Assembly: GCA_000438255.1 (NCBI GenBank)
Contig: FR901943.1
Location: 1 to 40,168, forward strand
Direction: 5' to 3'
Origin: Clostridium sp. CAG:389
GTDB lineage: Bacteria > Bacillota > Clostridia > TANB77 > CAG-508
DNA: 40,168 bases
Both the position numbers and the translations under genes were made by a program. The notes beneath the pieces are model-generated. The model made no database searches and was not told where the DNA came from. It saw nothing but the letters and a program-made list of their open reading frames with translations. Of this stretch, positions 26,449 to 36,294 are shown in pieces. Each line of letters opens with the position of its first letter. Within the stretch, counting starts at the first letter, position 1.

Positions 26449-26934
26449 CTAATTATTTACATTGTTATTTTTTAACCATGAAACTGATAGTTTGTTTTTC
26501 ATTTCTTCTCTTGCCATTTCATTTGTTATTTCATAGTTTGATGGTGCTACTAAAAAGATTGAATTTGAAACTTTTTGGATATATCCGTCTAATGCATAAA
26601 CTCCACCACTAATAAAGTCTACTATTCTTCTAGCAACATCTTTGTTTACATATTCCAAATTAACAATTACAGATTTCTTTTCTTTTAAGAAACTGCATAT
26701 CTCATCTGATTGTTCAAATGTTGTTGGTTGTGAAATAACCATTTTTATAGCTTGTCCTTGTGCTTGTGGCATATTTACAACCTTATTGTTATTTTTTCTA
26801 CCAAATATTTTTTTATCTTCTACTTCGTCTTCTTCATTATCATAATCATATATGTTTTCGTCATCATATTCTTCTGGTTCTGCTGAATCCATTCCAAATA
26901 AATCCCAAACTTTGTTCATTAATGCTCCTGACAT
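26449..26934 (-). CDS. sepF: cell division protein SepF
   Basis: 161-aa ORF. It has an acidic linker, then the SepF core (PTTFEQSDEICSFLKEKKSVIVNLEYVNKDVARRIVDFISGGVYALDG). The position next to divIVA fits. Confidence 0.85.
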   Translation of the reverse strand: MSGALMNKVWDLFGMDSAEPEEYDDENIYDYDNEEDEVEDKKIFGRKNNNKVVNMPQAQGQAIKMVISQPTTFEQSDEICSFLKEKKSVIVNLEYVNKDVARRIVDFISGGVYALDGYIQKVSNSIFLVAPSNYEITNEMAREEMKNKLSVSWLKNNNVNN

Positions 26935-27059
26935 AAAAAAACCTCCTAAAACTTTCTTACATATTATGCTAATAGTATCTACTTTTTTTTCTTTATTGTC
27001 AATAGTTTTTATAAATGTAATAAAACTTTAATATTATTGTAATATTATTGTAACATTTA

Positions 27060-28328
27060 TTAATTTACCTTACTTAAATCTGGATTTAATATAAGTTCAT
27101 CATATATTGAAATACTTTTCATTGAGTTAATATCAGTACTTGAAAATCCTAATTCTTTTAATTCATTTGTACTGTAATTAGTAACAATTGAATATTTATC
27201 ATTTTTCTTTGTGACCTTTACAGCTATCTTGTCTAAATATCCTGCCCTATTTCTAACAACATAATTAATTCCATTTTCTTCAACAATAGCTTGATTTGGT
27301 ACTTTTAATCCAGATTCATTCCACCAAATTAAATCAAATGATATTTTTCTATAATTTGCAAGTTCACTTATTTGTTTATTTATTTCTAATACTATTAAAG
27401 TCTCTTCTTCATTTTCTTGTGATACATATGCCACTGTTGATTTTATAACTTTATTGCTAGATAATCTTACTTTTACAGAATCTCCAACTGATGTCTTTCT
27501 TGCTTGTTCTGAATCTGATATTGTTGCAATATAACATTTTGAACTATCAATAATTTTTCCACATTCATCATTTGTTGCTATTAGTTGTCCTGTCTTTATT
27601 TTTAATTTTTCCAAAAATTCTTTACTTAATGTTGAAAAATTATTTGGTGTTAATGTTTCTTCTAATCCATCAACTTTATATGATACAATTCCGCTTTCTG
27701 GTGCTTTTATATATTCTGCTCCCGAATTTAGCTGTTCTTCTAGTTTTGTTCTTTGATTATAAAGTTGTTTTAAGTATGTTCCTGCTGAACTTGATTCTCC
27801 TGTTAGTTTTGCTTTTTTACTTATAATATCATTTATTTGTTTTTTGTATTCTGTTATTTTTGATATATCTGATGTTTTGCTTAATAGTGCAATTTTTTCA
27901 TCTAGTTGATTTTCTAATAATTTTATATCTGCTAATTTTAATGTAGAATCTATTGATGTTTGTCCTTGTAGTGCTTCTTGTACTTTTGTATCTAATTCAG
28001 CAATTTGTTCTTTTAATTTTTCTTCATTTTTGCTGTAATACCTATAAATAGAATCGTCTTTTGCTGTTTTTTCACCTTCATTTTTTATTCTTTCCATTCC
28101 ATTTTTGTAGTTATTCCCTTTTACTACTTGTTCATTTCTTATTATGTATCCAATGTCTGTTTCTTCTAAATATAAGGTTCCTTTTTCAACTGTAACTTTA
28201 TCTGTTGGTTGTCTTACTAAAAGGTAAACTGCATATGCTAAATATATTAATATCAACACTAGTGCAATATATATAATTATTTTTTTTCTATTAACTTTCT
28301 TTTTAGTTATTTTGTTTTCTTCTTTCAA
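27060..28328 (-). CDS. HlyD-family-like membrane-fusion/adaptor protein (N-terminal TM, coiled coil, beta-barrel)
   Basis: 422-aa ORF. The TTG start has a strong GGAGG 9 nt upstream, embedded in the 3' end of miaA (26-nt overlap). The architecture of a TM helix plus a long coiled coil is the basis for the call. Confidence 0.55.
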   Translation of the reverse strand: MKEENKITKKKVNRKKIIIYIALVLILIYLAYAVYLLVRQPTDKVTVEKGTLYLEETDIGYIIRNEQVVKGNNYKNGMERIKNEGEKTAKDDSIYRYYSKNEEKLKEQIAELDTKVQEALQGQTSIDSTLKLADIKLLENQLDEKIALLSKTSDISKITEYKKQINDIISKKAKLTGESSSAGTYLKQLYNQRTKLEEQLNSGAEYIKAPESGIVSYKVDGLEETLTPNNFSTLSKEFLEKLKIKTGQLIATNDECGKIIDSSKCYIATISDSEQARKTSVGDSVKVRLSSNKVIKSTVAYVSQENEEETLIVLEINKQISELANYRKISFDLIWWNESGLKVPNQAIVEENGINYVVRNRAGYLDKIAVKVTKKNDKYSIVTNYSTNELKELGFSSTDINSMKSISIYDELILNPDLSKVN

Positions 28329-29250
28329 TATTTGATACCTCCAAAATAATATTTACATTATTTTGTATTTCATTTGTTCCTTCAAGCCATGTTGTTTGCT
28401 TATTTTTTCTAAACCATGTTAATTGTCTTTTTGCATATCTTCTGGTTTCCATTTTTATTTTTTCTATCATTTCTTCTTTTGTATATATTCCATTTAAGTA
28501 ATCTACTACTTCTTTATATCCTAATCCTTGCAATGCTGTTGGAAATTTATTATATTTTTCTAAAATATTTTTTACTTCTTCTATCAATCCCTGTTCAATC
28601 ATTATGTCAACTCTTTTATTTATTCTTTGATATAATTTTTCTCTATCCCAATTTATCGCAAAAACTTTATAGTCATATTCTATCGGTTTTTGTCTTGATT
28701 CTATTTCTTGTTGTGTTTTTGTTTTTCCAGTTGCTTTATATATTTCTAAAACCCTCATTATTCTTTTTTTATCATTTTCGCTTATTTTTTCCATCGCTAT
28801 TGGATCTATATCTAAGGCTTTTTTATATAAAATTTCTAGTCCTTGTTTTTCTGCTATTTCTTCTAATTCTTTTCTGTAATTTTCATCTAATTCTATGTCA
28901 TTATATTCAATTTCATATATTAGGCTATCCACATATAAGCCCGTTCCTCCTACAATTATAGGTTTTTTTCCTTTTTGTAATATTTCTTTTATTGCTTTTT
29001 TTGCATCTTGTTTATATTGTGCAACACTATATCTTTCATCTGGTGATATAAAGTCTAAAAGATAATGTTGAATTCCTTGCATCTCTTCTTTTGTTGGTTT
29101 TGCTGTTCCTATATCCATATCTTTGTAAATTTGCATTGAGTCTGCTGATATAACTTCTCCATTTATTGTTTTTGCTAATTCTATTGATAATGCTGTCTTT
29201 CCTGACGCAGTAGGTCCACATATTACTATAACTTTTGATTTAGGTTCCAT
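28303..29250 (-). CDS. miaA: tRNA dimethylallyltransferase
   Basis: 315-aa ORF with the P-loop GPTASGKT, ISADSMQIYKDMDIGTAKP and RRYAKRQLTWF. Confidence 0.95.
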   Translation of the reverse strand: MEPKSKVIVICGPTASGKTALSIELAKTINGEVISADSMQIYKDMDIGTAKPTKEEMQGIQHYLLDFISPDERYSVAQYKQDAKKAIKEILQKGKKPIIVGGTGLYVDSLIYEIEYNDIELDENYRKELEEIAEKQGLEILYKKALDIDPIAMEKISENDKKRIMRVLEIYKATGKTKTQQEIESRQKPIEYDYKVFAINWDREKLYQRINKRVDIMIEQGLIEEVKNILEKYNKFPTALQGLGYKEVVDYLNGIYTKEEMIEKIKMETRRYAKRQLTWFRKNKQTTWLEGTNEIQNNVNIILEVSNIERRKQNN

Positions 29251-29269
29251 TACATTATCCTTTCTGTTT

Positions 29270-29692
29270 TTATCTATTAATCATTGTTAAAATATTATTT
29301 TGTATATTTCCAAAATATGAAGTTTCAAAAACAAATATAAATATAATAGTAGCTACTAAAAAAATAATACTTTTTGTTATTTTTTCTTTTTCTATTTCGT
29401 CATTATTTATTTGTTCTAATTTTTTAAATATGAATGGTAATATTACATATCCATTCATTATTGAAAATAGTATTACAAATACGTTTTGTATTGTTTTCAT
29501 TGCTTCTTTATTTTCATATGTTATTCCTATTTTTGATATGCTGAAAATTATTAATGTTAATATATATACTGCTAGTATTCCACATGTTATTAATATGATT
29601 TTTGTTTTCTTTTCTATTGTTCCTAAACTGTTCCACGTCCATGCTAATAAAATCAAGAACATTATTAGCATTATTGTTGAAATTAGTGTCAT
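29270..29692 (-). CDS. small integral membrane protein (4 predicted TM helices), hypothetical
   Basis: ORF between mutL and miaA. I prefer ATG 29692 (MTLISTIML), with AAGGAA 8 nt upstream. The ORF-track TTG start at 29734 would overlap mutL. Confidence 0.5.
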   Translation of the reverse strand: MTLISTIMLIMFLILLAWTWNSLGTIEKKTKIILITCGILAVYILTLIIFSISKIGITYENKEAMKTIQNVFVILFSIMNGYVILPFIFKKLEQINNDEIEKEKITKSIIFLVATIIFIFVFETSYFGNIQNNILTMINR

Positions 29693-29720
29693 CTTTCTTT
29701 TCCTTTCTTTTATTAGTTGT

Positions 29721-32015
29721 TTATTTTCTTGCAAACTTTCTTTCTATATCATATTTACTCATTTTAATAGCTGTTGGTCTTCCATGTGGACATGTAAATG
29801 GGTTTGGCAATTCTAATAATTTATCCATTAAATTTTCAACTTCTGCTTTATCTAATACCATATTAGCTTTTACTGCTGCTTTACATGCTACTGTTGCTAT
29901 AAATTTTTCTTCTTTTTCTTGTTTTGCAGTTCTTGCTATTGCATTTATTTCGTCTAATGTTTCTAAGAATAATTCTTTATTATCTATGTCTATGCACACT
30001 GTTGGTACACCTGTTAATTTTATAGTATTTTCTCCAAATTCTTCAAGACTGAATCCTGCTTTTTCAAACATATCCATATTGTCTTTTGCTATTTCCATTT
30101 CTTTATGTGATAATGTTATAATATCTGGTAATAGTAACATTTGTGAGTCTTTTGAATTTTCACTATAATAGTTGTTTTTTACTTTTTCATACATAATTCT
30201 TTCATGTGCTGCATGTTGGTCTATTATGTACATTTCTTTGTCCATTTCTATTATTATGTATGTATTAAATGCAATTCCTATAAATTTGTATATTGGTCTT
30301 TGATATTCTTCACTGTCTTCAAATACTGACACATTGTTTTTTATTAAATCTATTGCTGTATTTTCTTCTTTTTGTTCTTCCTTTTTTTGTTCTAGTGGTG
30401 TTTCTATTGGTTTTGTTCCAAATAGTTTTTCATACATTGTGTTAAAGTCTAGTTCTGGTGTTTCGTCATAGTTTAAGTTTTCTAGTTTTTCTATTTGTTC
30501 TTGTATTTGTTCTAGCTTTTCTTGTGGTTCATTTTTTATTTCTGTTTCTTTGTCATCTTCTTGTAATTCGCTGTCTTTTTCTGTTTCTTGGTTACTTTTT
30601 TGCTGTTCATTTTCTATTTCTGTTTCTTTATTATTTTCTTGTAATTCGTTATCTGTTTCTGTTTCTTGATTACTTTCTTGTAGTTCACCGTTTGTTTCTA
30701 TTTTTTCAATATCATCTTGTGATTGAGTGTTTGTTTCTATTTCTTCTTTTTCAGCTATTTGTGTTGATTCTTCTTCACCATTTATTTGTTTTTGTAGGTC
30801 TTCTCTCATTTTTTTCAATTGTTCCAATATATCAGCAGTATTTACAGGCCCACCTTGTCCCATGTTAAATTGTTTAAAATCAACATTTGTTTTTATTTTG
30901 CTTTCTGCATCATTATATTGTTCTATTTTTTGAGTTTCATTTTTTCTAAAATCAAATAATCCTTTTGATTGTTCATTTTTTTCTTCTGGTTCTTTATCTT
31001 CACTTTTTTCAGTGTTAGCAACTAATTCACTCTCTAATAAAGTATTTTTTATTGCATGATATATTGATTGAAATATTTTATTTTCTTCTTCAAATCTTAC
31101 TTCTAATTTTGCAGGATGAACATTTACATCAACTTTTGATGGATTCATTGTAATATTTAAAATTACGAATCCATATTTTCCAATAGGTATTAATCCTTTA
31201 AAAGCTTGTTCTGTTGCAGATGATAATACTTTGTCTTTTATATATCTTTTATTTACGAAAAATAATTGATTTGCTCTATTTGATCTTGCTATTTCAGGTT
31301 TTCCTATAACACCTGTAACTTCTATATCTTCATATGTATAATCTACTGGTAAAATTCCAGTTGCTACATCTTTTCCATATATACTATAAATTACACTTTT
31401 TATATCTCCATTACCATTTGTTTGTATTACTGTTTTTCCTGTATTTATAAGTTTTATTGCAATATTGGGATTTACCAAAGCTATTCTTGTTATAACATCT
31501 TCTATATAGCCTGCTTCTGTATAATCTTTTTTCAAGAACTTATATCTTACTGGTGTATTAAAAAATAGATTTTTTACAACTATACTTGTTCCTGTTTGGC
31601 ATCCAACTTCTTGTTTATCTAAGACATTTCCAGCTTCTACTATTATTTTATACCCTGTGTCTTGACTCTCTGTTTTTGAAGTTAGTTCAACATTTGCAAT
31701 AGCTGCTATACTTGCTAATGCTTCTCCTCTGAACCCCATTGATGTTACTACATCTAAATCTTCTGCTTTTCTTATTTTACTTGTTGCATGTCTTTCAAAG
31801 GCAATTTCTAAATCATCTGGTGCAATTCCTTTTCCATTATCTGAAACTCTTATATATGAAATCCCACCATTTTTTATTTCAACTGTTATATTGTTTGCAC
31901 CAGCATCTATTGAGTTTTCAACCATTTCTTTTATTACAGAAGCCGGTCTTTCAATAACTTCTCCTGCTGCTATTTTGTTTATTGTTAAGTCATCAAGTAA
32001 AACTATGTTTCCCAT
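29721..32015 (-). CDS. mutL: DNA mismatch repair endonuclease MutL
   Basis: 764-aa ORF with the GHKL ATPase N-terminus (IAAGEVIERPASVIKEMVENSIDAG, DNGKGI, GFRGEAL), the C-terminal endonuclease motif DQHAAHERI and a CPHGRP end. It has an unusually long acidic linker. Confidence 0.95.
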   Translation of the reverse strand: MGNIVLLDDLTINKIAAGEVIERPASVIKEMVENSIDAGANNITVEIKNGGISYIRVSDNGKGIAPDDLEIAFERHATSKIRKAEDLDVVTSMGFRGEALASIAAIANVELTSKTESQDTGYKIIVEAGNVLDKQEVGCQTGTSIVVKNLFFNTPVRYKFLKKDYTEAGYIEDVITRIALVNPNIAIKLINTGKTVIQTNGNGDIKSVIYSIYGKDVATGILPVDYTYEDIEVTGVIGKPEIARSNRANQLFFVNKRYIKDKVLSSATEQAFKGLIPIGKYGFVILNITMNPSKVDVNVHPAKLEVRFEEENKIFQSIYHAIKNTLLESELVANTEKSEDKEPEEKNEQSKGLFDFRKNETQKIEQYNDAESKIKTNVDFKQFNMGQGGPVNTADILEQLKKMREDLQKQINGEEESTQIAEKEEIETNTQSQDDIEKIETNGELQESNQETETDNELQENNKETEIENEQQKSNQETEKDSELQEDDKETEIKNEPQEKLEQIQEQIEKLENLNYDETPELDFNTMYEKLFGTKPIETPLEQKKEEQKEENTAIDLIKNNVSVFEDSEEYQRPIYKFIGIAFNTYIIIEMDKEMYIIDQHAAHERIMYEKVKNNYYSENSKDSQMLLLPDIITLSHKEMEIAKDNMDMFEKAGFSLEEFGENTIKLTGVPTVCIDIDNKELFLETLDEINAIARTAKQEKEEKFIATVACKAAVKANMVLDKAEVENLMDKLLELPNPFTCPHGRPTAIKMSKYDIERKFARK
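30530..30700. repeat. 78-nt in-frame tandem repeat (about 2.2 units) inside the mutL linker
   Basis: ATTTCTGTTTCTTT recurs at 30538 and 30616 (period 78). The protein units are SNQETETDNELQENNKETEIENEQQK and SNQETEKDSELQEDDKETEIKNEPQEK. Confidence 0.8.
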
Positions 32016-32038
32016 ATTTTCTCTTTCCTTCCTAGGTT

Positions 32039-32701
32039 TTAATTATCTTCTTTTGTTTTTTCTTCTAAATCTTTATCAAACTTTGTTGTAATCATATATA
32101 TTGAGATTATAAATATAGCTAATACTGTTGGCATTGTCCATAGTCCTATTGGCATTCTTGTAATTGCTATTATTGATAATAGTAATAATTGTGCTATAAC
32201 AATTGTTATAAATGATTTAGTTATTACTTTTAATGAATTTATTTTATAATATCTTATAGCTAAATATGCTAATATTATTACAGTTACAATTATAAATGGT
32301 GTAATATATGGTTTTATTATATCTCTACCTCTGATGTGTCCATTTTCTTCTATTGTTACATCATCTGTTGATATTTCTTTACCATATTTTTCATTTATTT
32401 TTGTTATTAAAGTATTTTTTTGTTCTTCTGTAATATCTGTTGTTGTTATACTTACAGCATCTTTATATACTTCTATTGCTTGAATTAAAACTGGTTGTTT
32501 TCCAAAAACATCATCAGTTATTTCTTTGATATCTTTTTCTTCAAATTCTTTTCCAATATTTATTTCAATTTTCTTGCTATTTGCATAATTTAAGTTAAAT
32601 TTTAATCCTTTTGTAAATGTCATTACTATTCCTGCTATTAATATAATTGCTATTAATGCAATTATTATTTTTGTACTTTTTTGTTTCATTTTTAATTTCA
32701 T
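32039..32701 (-). CDS. SecF-like membrane protein (short, divergent)
   Basis: 220-aa ORF with an N-terminal TM helix, a periplasmic-type domain (GLKFNLNYANSKKIEINIG resembles the SecF GIDFxGG region) and then 3-4 TM helices. It lies downstream of the SecD-like gene. The conserved C-terminal SecF motifs are not seen. Confidence 0.5.
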   Translation of the reverse strand: MKLKMKQKSTKIIIALIAIILIAGIVMTFTKGLKFNLNYANSKKIEINIGKEFEEKDIKEITDDVFGKQPVLIQAIEVYKDAVSITTTDITEEQKNTLITKINEKYGKEISTDDVTIEENGHIRGRDIIKPYITPFIIVTVIILAYLAIRYYKINSLKVITKSFITIVIAQLLLLSIIAITRMPIGLWTMPTVLAIFIISIYMITTKFDKDLEEKTKEDN

Positions 32702-32741
32702 TCCTTTCTTGGCTCAAACATAGTTGTTATCACTTATATAT

Positions 32742-34115
32742 TTATTTGTTTTTTATTTTCATTAATGAATTTGTTACTACTGCATTATAAATTGCAATCA
32801 TTACAATTCCCCAAAAAGCTGTCATTCCAAAACTACTCATTGGTGTCCATTTCACAAAGCAAAATGCTACTACCATAATACAGATTGGTATTATTCTATC
32901 AAAGAATTTTATATATGTTTTTGATATTGATTCATTCATAACATTTTCAGTTTTTTCTTCTTTTAATTTTTTAATGTTATATAATAACATTGCTGTAAAT
33001 ATATAGTTTAATATTAAAACTATTGCTATTGCAAAAATTGATTCTATTGATATTGTTACATTTGTATATCTTATTAATAATAAATATAATGCTGTAAATC
33101 CAACATATGCTATTCCTGTTAATAATCCATTTGATTTATATTTTATTGTTAATATTATTATTGCTATTACTGCAATTACTGTTATTGCAATTACTATATA
33201 TGTTAAGTCTTGTTTTGATATATTTGATAATATATATTGATTTTTTTCTAAGTCATATTTAACTGGTAATTTTCCACAATCTAGTTCTGTTGCAACATTT
33301 TGTGCTTGTTGTATATATCCATTTAATGTTGTTGTATCTGTTGATGCTGAACCTACTGATAATTGTATTTTTCCTGTTGTTATTGGTTCTTCAAAATATG
33401 TTGACATTATTTCTTTGTCATCAATTTTCATTGTTATTTTCTTTTCTGTTGATGTTGTTGTATCTGTTGTTGTGTTTGTTTCTTCTGAACTATTTGTATC
33501 TTCTGTTGTTGTATTTTCTGTGCTTGTATTATTTTCTGATGTTGTAGTGTTTTTTGATTTTACATATGTTTTGCTTACTTCTTCTAATTTACTTTTTCCT
33601 TCTTTATTAAATGCTATTTCTAAGTATACAGATGTTCCTGATTTTGTTGTATTATATAATACACTTGAAGATTGTATTGAATTATTATCTAATAATACTT
33701 CATTTGTTTCACTATCAATTATTTCAAATTTTCCTACTGTTGTTAAATTTGAAACAATTGAATCTGTACTTGTGTTTTCTGGCATTTGAATTATCATCTC
33801 TCCATTTTCACTATTTAATGCTATTTTATATTCTTCAACACCTAATTTTTTTAGTCTTTTTTCTATTATTGTTTTTGCTTTTTGATAATTTTCTTCTGTT
33901 TTTTCTTCATCACTGTTTTCTGAATTTAATACTAATTTTAATGTTCTTGCTCCATTTAAATCCATTGCATATGAATAGTCTTTTACTATGTTAGACATTT
34001 GATTTTTATTTTGTTTATAGATTCCAAAAAATCCTATTATTGATACTAATACAATTAATAATATAATTGTTAATATTTTTATATTTTTCATTATGTTTTT
34101 ATTTTCTTTTTTCAT
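32742..34115 (-). CDS. SecD-like membrane protein (divergent, with a Thr/Asn/Glu-rich insertion)
   Basis: 457-aa ORF with a TM anchor. MDLNGARTLKL and IEKRLKKLGVEEYKIALNSENGEMIIQMPE...VGKFEIID match the SecD P1-domain layout, and a 6-TM-like C-terminus follows. The conserved GMAVDANV-type TM motif is not recognisable. Confidence 0.55.
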   Translation of the reverse strand: MKKENKNIMKNIKILTIILLIVLVSIIGFFGIYKQNKNQMSNIVKDYSYAMDLNGARTLKLVLNSENSDEEKTEENYQKAKTIIEKRLKKLGVEEYKIALNSENGEMIIQMPENTSTDSIVSNLTTVGKFEIIDSETNEVLLDNNSIQSSSVLYNTTKSGTSVYLEIAFNKEGKSKLEEVSKTYVKSKNTTTSENNTSTENTTTEDTNSSEETNTTTDTTTSTEKKITMKIDDKEIMSTYFEEPITTGKIQLSVGSASTDTTTLNGYIQQAQNVATELDCGKLPVKYDLEKNQYILSNISKQDLTYIVIAITVIAVIAIIILTIKYKSNGLLTGIAYVGFTALYLLLIRYTNVTISIESIFAIAIVLILNYIFTAMLLYNIKKLKEEKTENVMNESISKTYIKFFDRIIPICIMVVAFCFVKWTPMSSFGMTAFWGIVMIAIYNAVVTNSLMKIKNK

Positions 34116-34226
34116 TTATATTTCATTCCTTTCATTTCTCTATACGCTTTCATTGTCATTCAAAAATTTTCTCAAAAATTTCGTATGTCAAATCTTGTAT
34201 ATTTTTGTTCATGGCTTCTTAAATTT

Positions 34227-34886
34227 TTATAATAATTTTGTATCATTTATTATTAATTCAAACCATATTTTTAGGTATTTTGCAGCATATTTGCACATCA
34301 TAGTTCTTTGCATAAATATTTCAAAATAATCAAGTACTGGACATATTGTTGTATCTATTGTTAATTTTAATTTTATTTTTCTTTCTTTTTCATCAATTAT
34401 TAAATCTGCATCTGTTACAGCATAATTCACTCTATCATGTATATCAAATGTAGATAGATTTTTGTTTACTACTCTATCTCTATGTACATCTGACTTGTCT
34501 GCTAATATTAGTGCTGCTGATATGTCACTTACTGCTGTTCCTGTATTTTCATCATGGTTTCCTATTGCCATCATTATTTCTGTTATTTCTTCTATTGGCA
34601 TTCCCATTTCTCTTAAAATGTTGTATGCAAGTATTGCTCCTGTATGTGCATGGTCTACTCTGTTTACACAGTTTCCTATATCATGCATGTATCCTGCAAT
34701 TCTTGTTAGTTCTACTGTTCTTTCTGGATATCCTAATTTTTCTAATATATCTCCTGCTCTTTTTGATACTATTGATATGTGCCTATGTCCATGTTCTGTG
34801 TATCCTATTGCATTTAGTTGTTTTTGTGATCCTCTTATTAGAGCGTCTAGCTCTTGGTTTTCTTTAATGTCTTTTAAAGTTATCAT
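34227..34886 (-). CDS. HD domain-containing phosphohydrolase
   Basis: 219-aa ORF with H...HD metal motifs (HGHRHISIV, GYMHDIGN, GNHDE). SD AAGGAGGAAA lies upstream. Confidence 0.8.
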   Translation of the reverse strand: MITLKDIKENQELDALIRGSQKQLNAIGYTEHGHRHISIVSKRAGDILEKLGYPERTVELTRIAGYMHDIGNCVNRVDHAHTGAILAYNILREMGMPIEEITEIMMAIGNHDENTGTAVSDISAALILADKSDVHRDRVVNKNLSTFDIHDRVNYAVTDADLIIDEKERKIKLKLTIDTTICPVLDYFEIFMQRTMMCKYAAKYLKIWFELIINDTKLL

Positions 34887-35042
34887 TTGTTTCCTCCTTT
34901 TTGTCTTTCTAGATTTTATATTAATTTACTAAAAATATCAACAGTTTTTTGTGATTTTTTGATATTTATATTACACTTAATGTTACAATTTATAGTTTCT
35001 ATATTACCGAAACTATAAACATTTATAACCGTAGAATATAAT

Positions 35043-35084
35043 AAAAGCTAGAAATACGCCGCTAAGATGGCTTTTCTAGCTTTT
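35043..35084. terminator. bidirectional hairpin terminator
   Basis: AAAAGCTAGAAA-18 nt-TTTCTAGCTTTT has A/T runs on both sides. It lies downstream of the acyltransferase pseudogene. Confidence 0.6.
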
Positions 35085-35144
35085 ATTATCGTTTTTCAAC
35101 GCAAATTTATACATATTAAATTTATGTTACAGTTCTTAGCAAAA

Positions 35145-36108
35145 TTATAGTTCTAGTTCATTCTCTTGCTTATCTATTGTTTTTTCAAATTCTGGTATTG
35201 ATGTAACATATTGTGGTAGTTCCTCATGCATTATTGTTCTATATAATACAGGTTTTCCATAAAATTTCTCATATGTTTCTTTGCAAAAAGTATAATCGGT
35301 ATCTCTCATTTTTTTAATGTTTTCTTTTGGTGTCAATTTTTTATCTGGATAAATTGGCGTACCTATATTTATATTATAGTCTTGAATTTCTGTATTTTCT
35401 CTTGTGATAAATGTAGGAATGATTGGTACATTATTCAAAGTTGCCCATTTAAAAGCACCAAACTTAAATGGCTTTGGCTGTTTGTAATCAAGCCACATAC
35501 TTTGCTCTGGACAAACTATTATAAAATCTCCATTTTCCAAAATTTTTTCTACTGCTTCATCAAAAATCTCCATTGTTTCTGGTATCTGGCTCAATGGTAA
35601 TGTATTATCATTTTTAAAGTAAAGTCCTATGTTCCCCGGAAAATTTGTATAATTTCCTTCTCTTATTACTTTATATACTCTTTTCTCTATTCCAGAATCT
35701 TTTATTGTTTTTTCTATTGCAAATGTATCAAATGGGTTAAAATGATTAACAGTTATAATTGCTCCTGTTTGAACTTTTTTTAAATTTTCTATTCCTTTTG
35801 TTGAATTTATTTTTAATATACCGTTTCTTTATCGCATTATTTACAAATGCTTCTTTCCATACATTTGAAATTTGATTTTTTTTAGCATTTTCTGGTTTTG
35901 TTTTTAAATAATCTACGTTTTCTGATTTTAACGGAATATTTGGTGGATCATCATTTATATCTAAATAAAATAATCCAGTTTCTTCTAAAAATTTAATCTT
36001 ATTTTCATTACTTAAATTGAAAAATTTATGTTTTCTTAAAAATTCTGTTTGTTCATTTGAACTCATATTAAAAAATCCATATTCTTTTAATTTTTTTATA
36101 TTTACCAT
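35145..36108 (-). pseudogene. lysophospholipid (1-acyl-sn-glycerol-3-phosphate, PlsC-type) acyltransferase, interrupted by one frameshift
   Basis: ORFs 35746-36108 and 35145-35594 are two parts of one gene. The frame of the downstream ORF stays open upstream to about 35825 and encodes ...KINSTKGIENLKKVQTGAIITVNHFNPFD (HxxxxD motif), then VCPEQS (PEG-like motif). Removing one A from the A5 run (T5 on plus, 35810-35814) joins ...AIKKRYIK to INSTKGIENL. Confidence 0.75.
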
Positions 36109-36229
36109 ATTTTCACCCTTTCTTATTTCATTATTATTTTATCATCTTTTTGCCTAATGTCAAATATTTTTTTATTTTATATACAACTAATTCAATTATT
36201 TTGTTTTTGTACATATTTTTAGTATACTA

Positions 36230-36257
36230 TTGAAAAATCTAATATTTATTGTATAGT
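36230..36257 (+). promoter_or_regulatory. possible sigma-A type promoter for the EamA gene
   Basis: TTGAAA, a 16-nt spacer and TATAGT, about 40 nt upstream of the ATG. Such matches are frequent in AT-rich DNA. Confidence 0.35.
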
Positions 36258-36294
36258 AAAAAAGAATTTTATTAGAAAGTAGTTTTTTTTAAAT

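Noticed and set aside
29036-29221. 61-aa minus-strand ORF inside miaA, and the antisense ORFs in the island (36522-36764, 37787-38128, 38313-38549)
   Set aside because: They overlap better-supported genes in other frames or strands, and have basic or low-complexity translations and no RBS.
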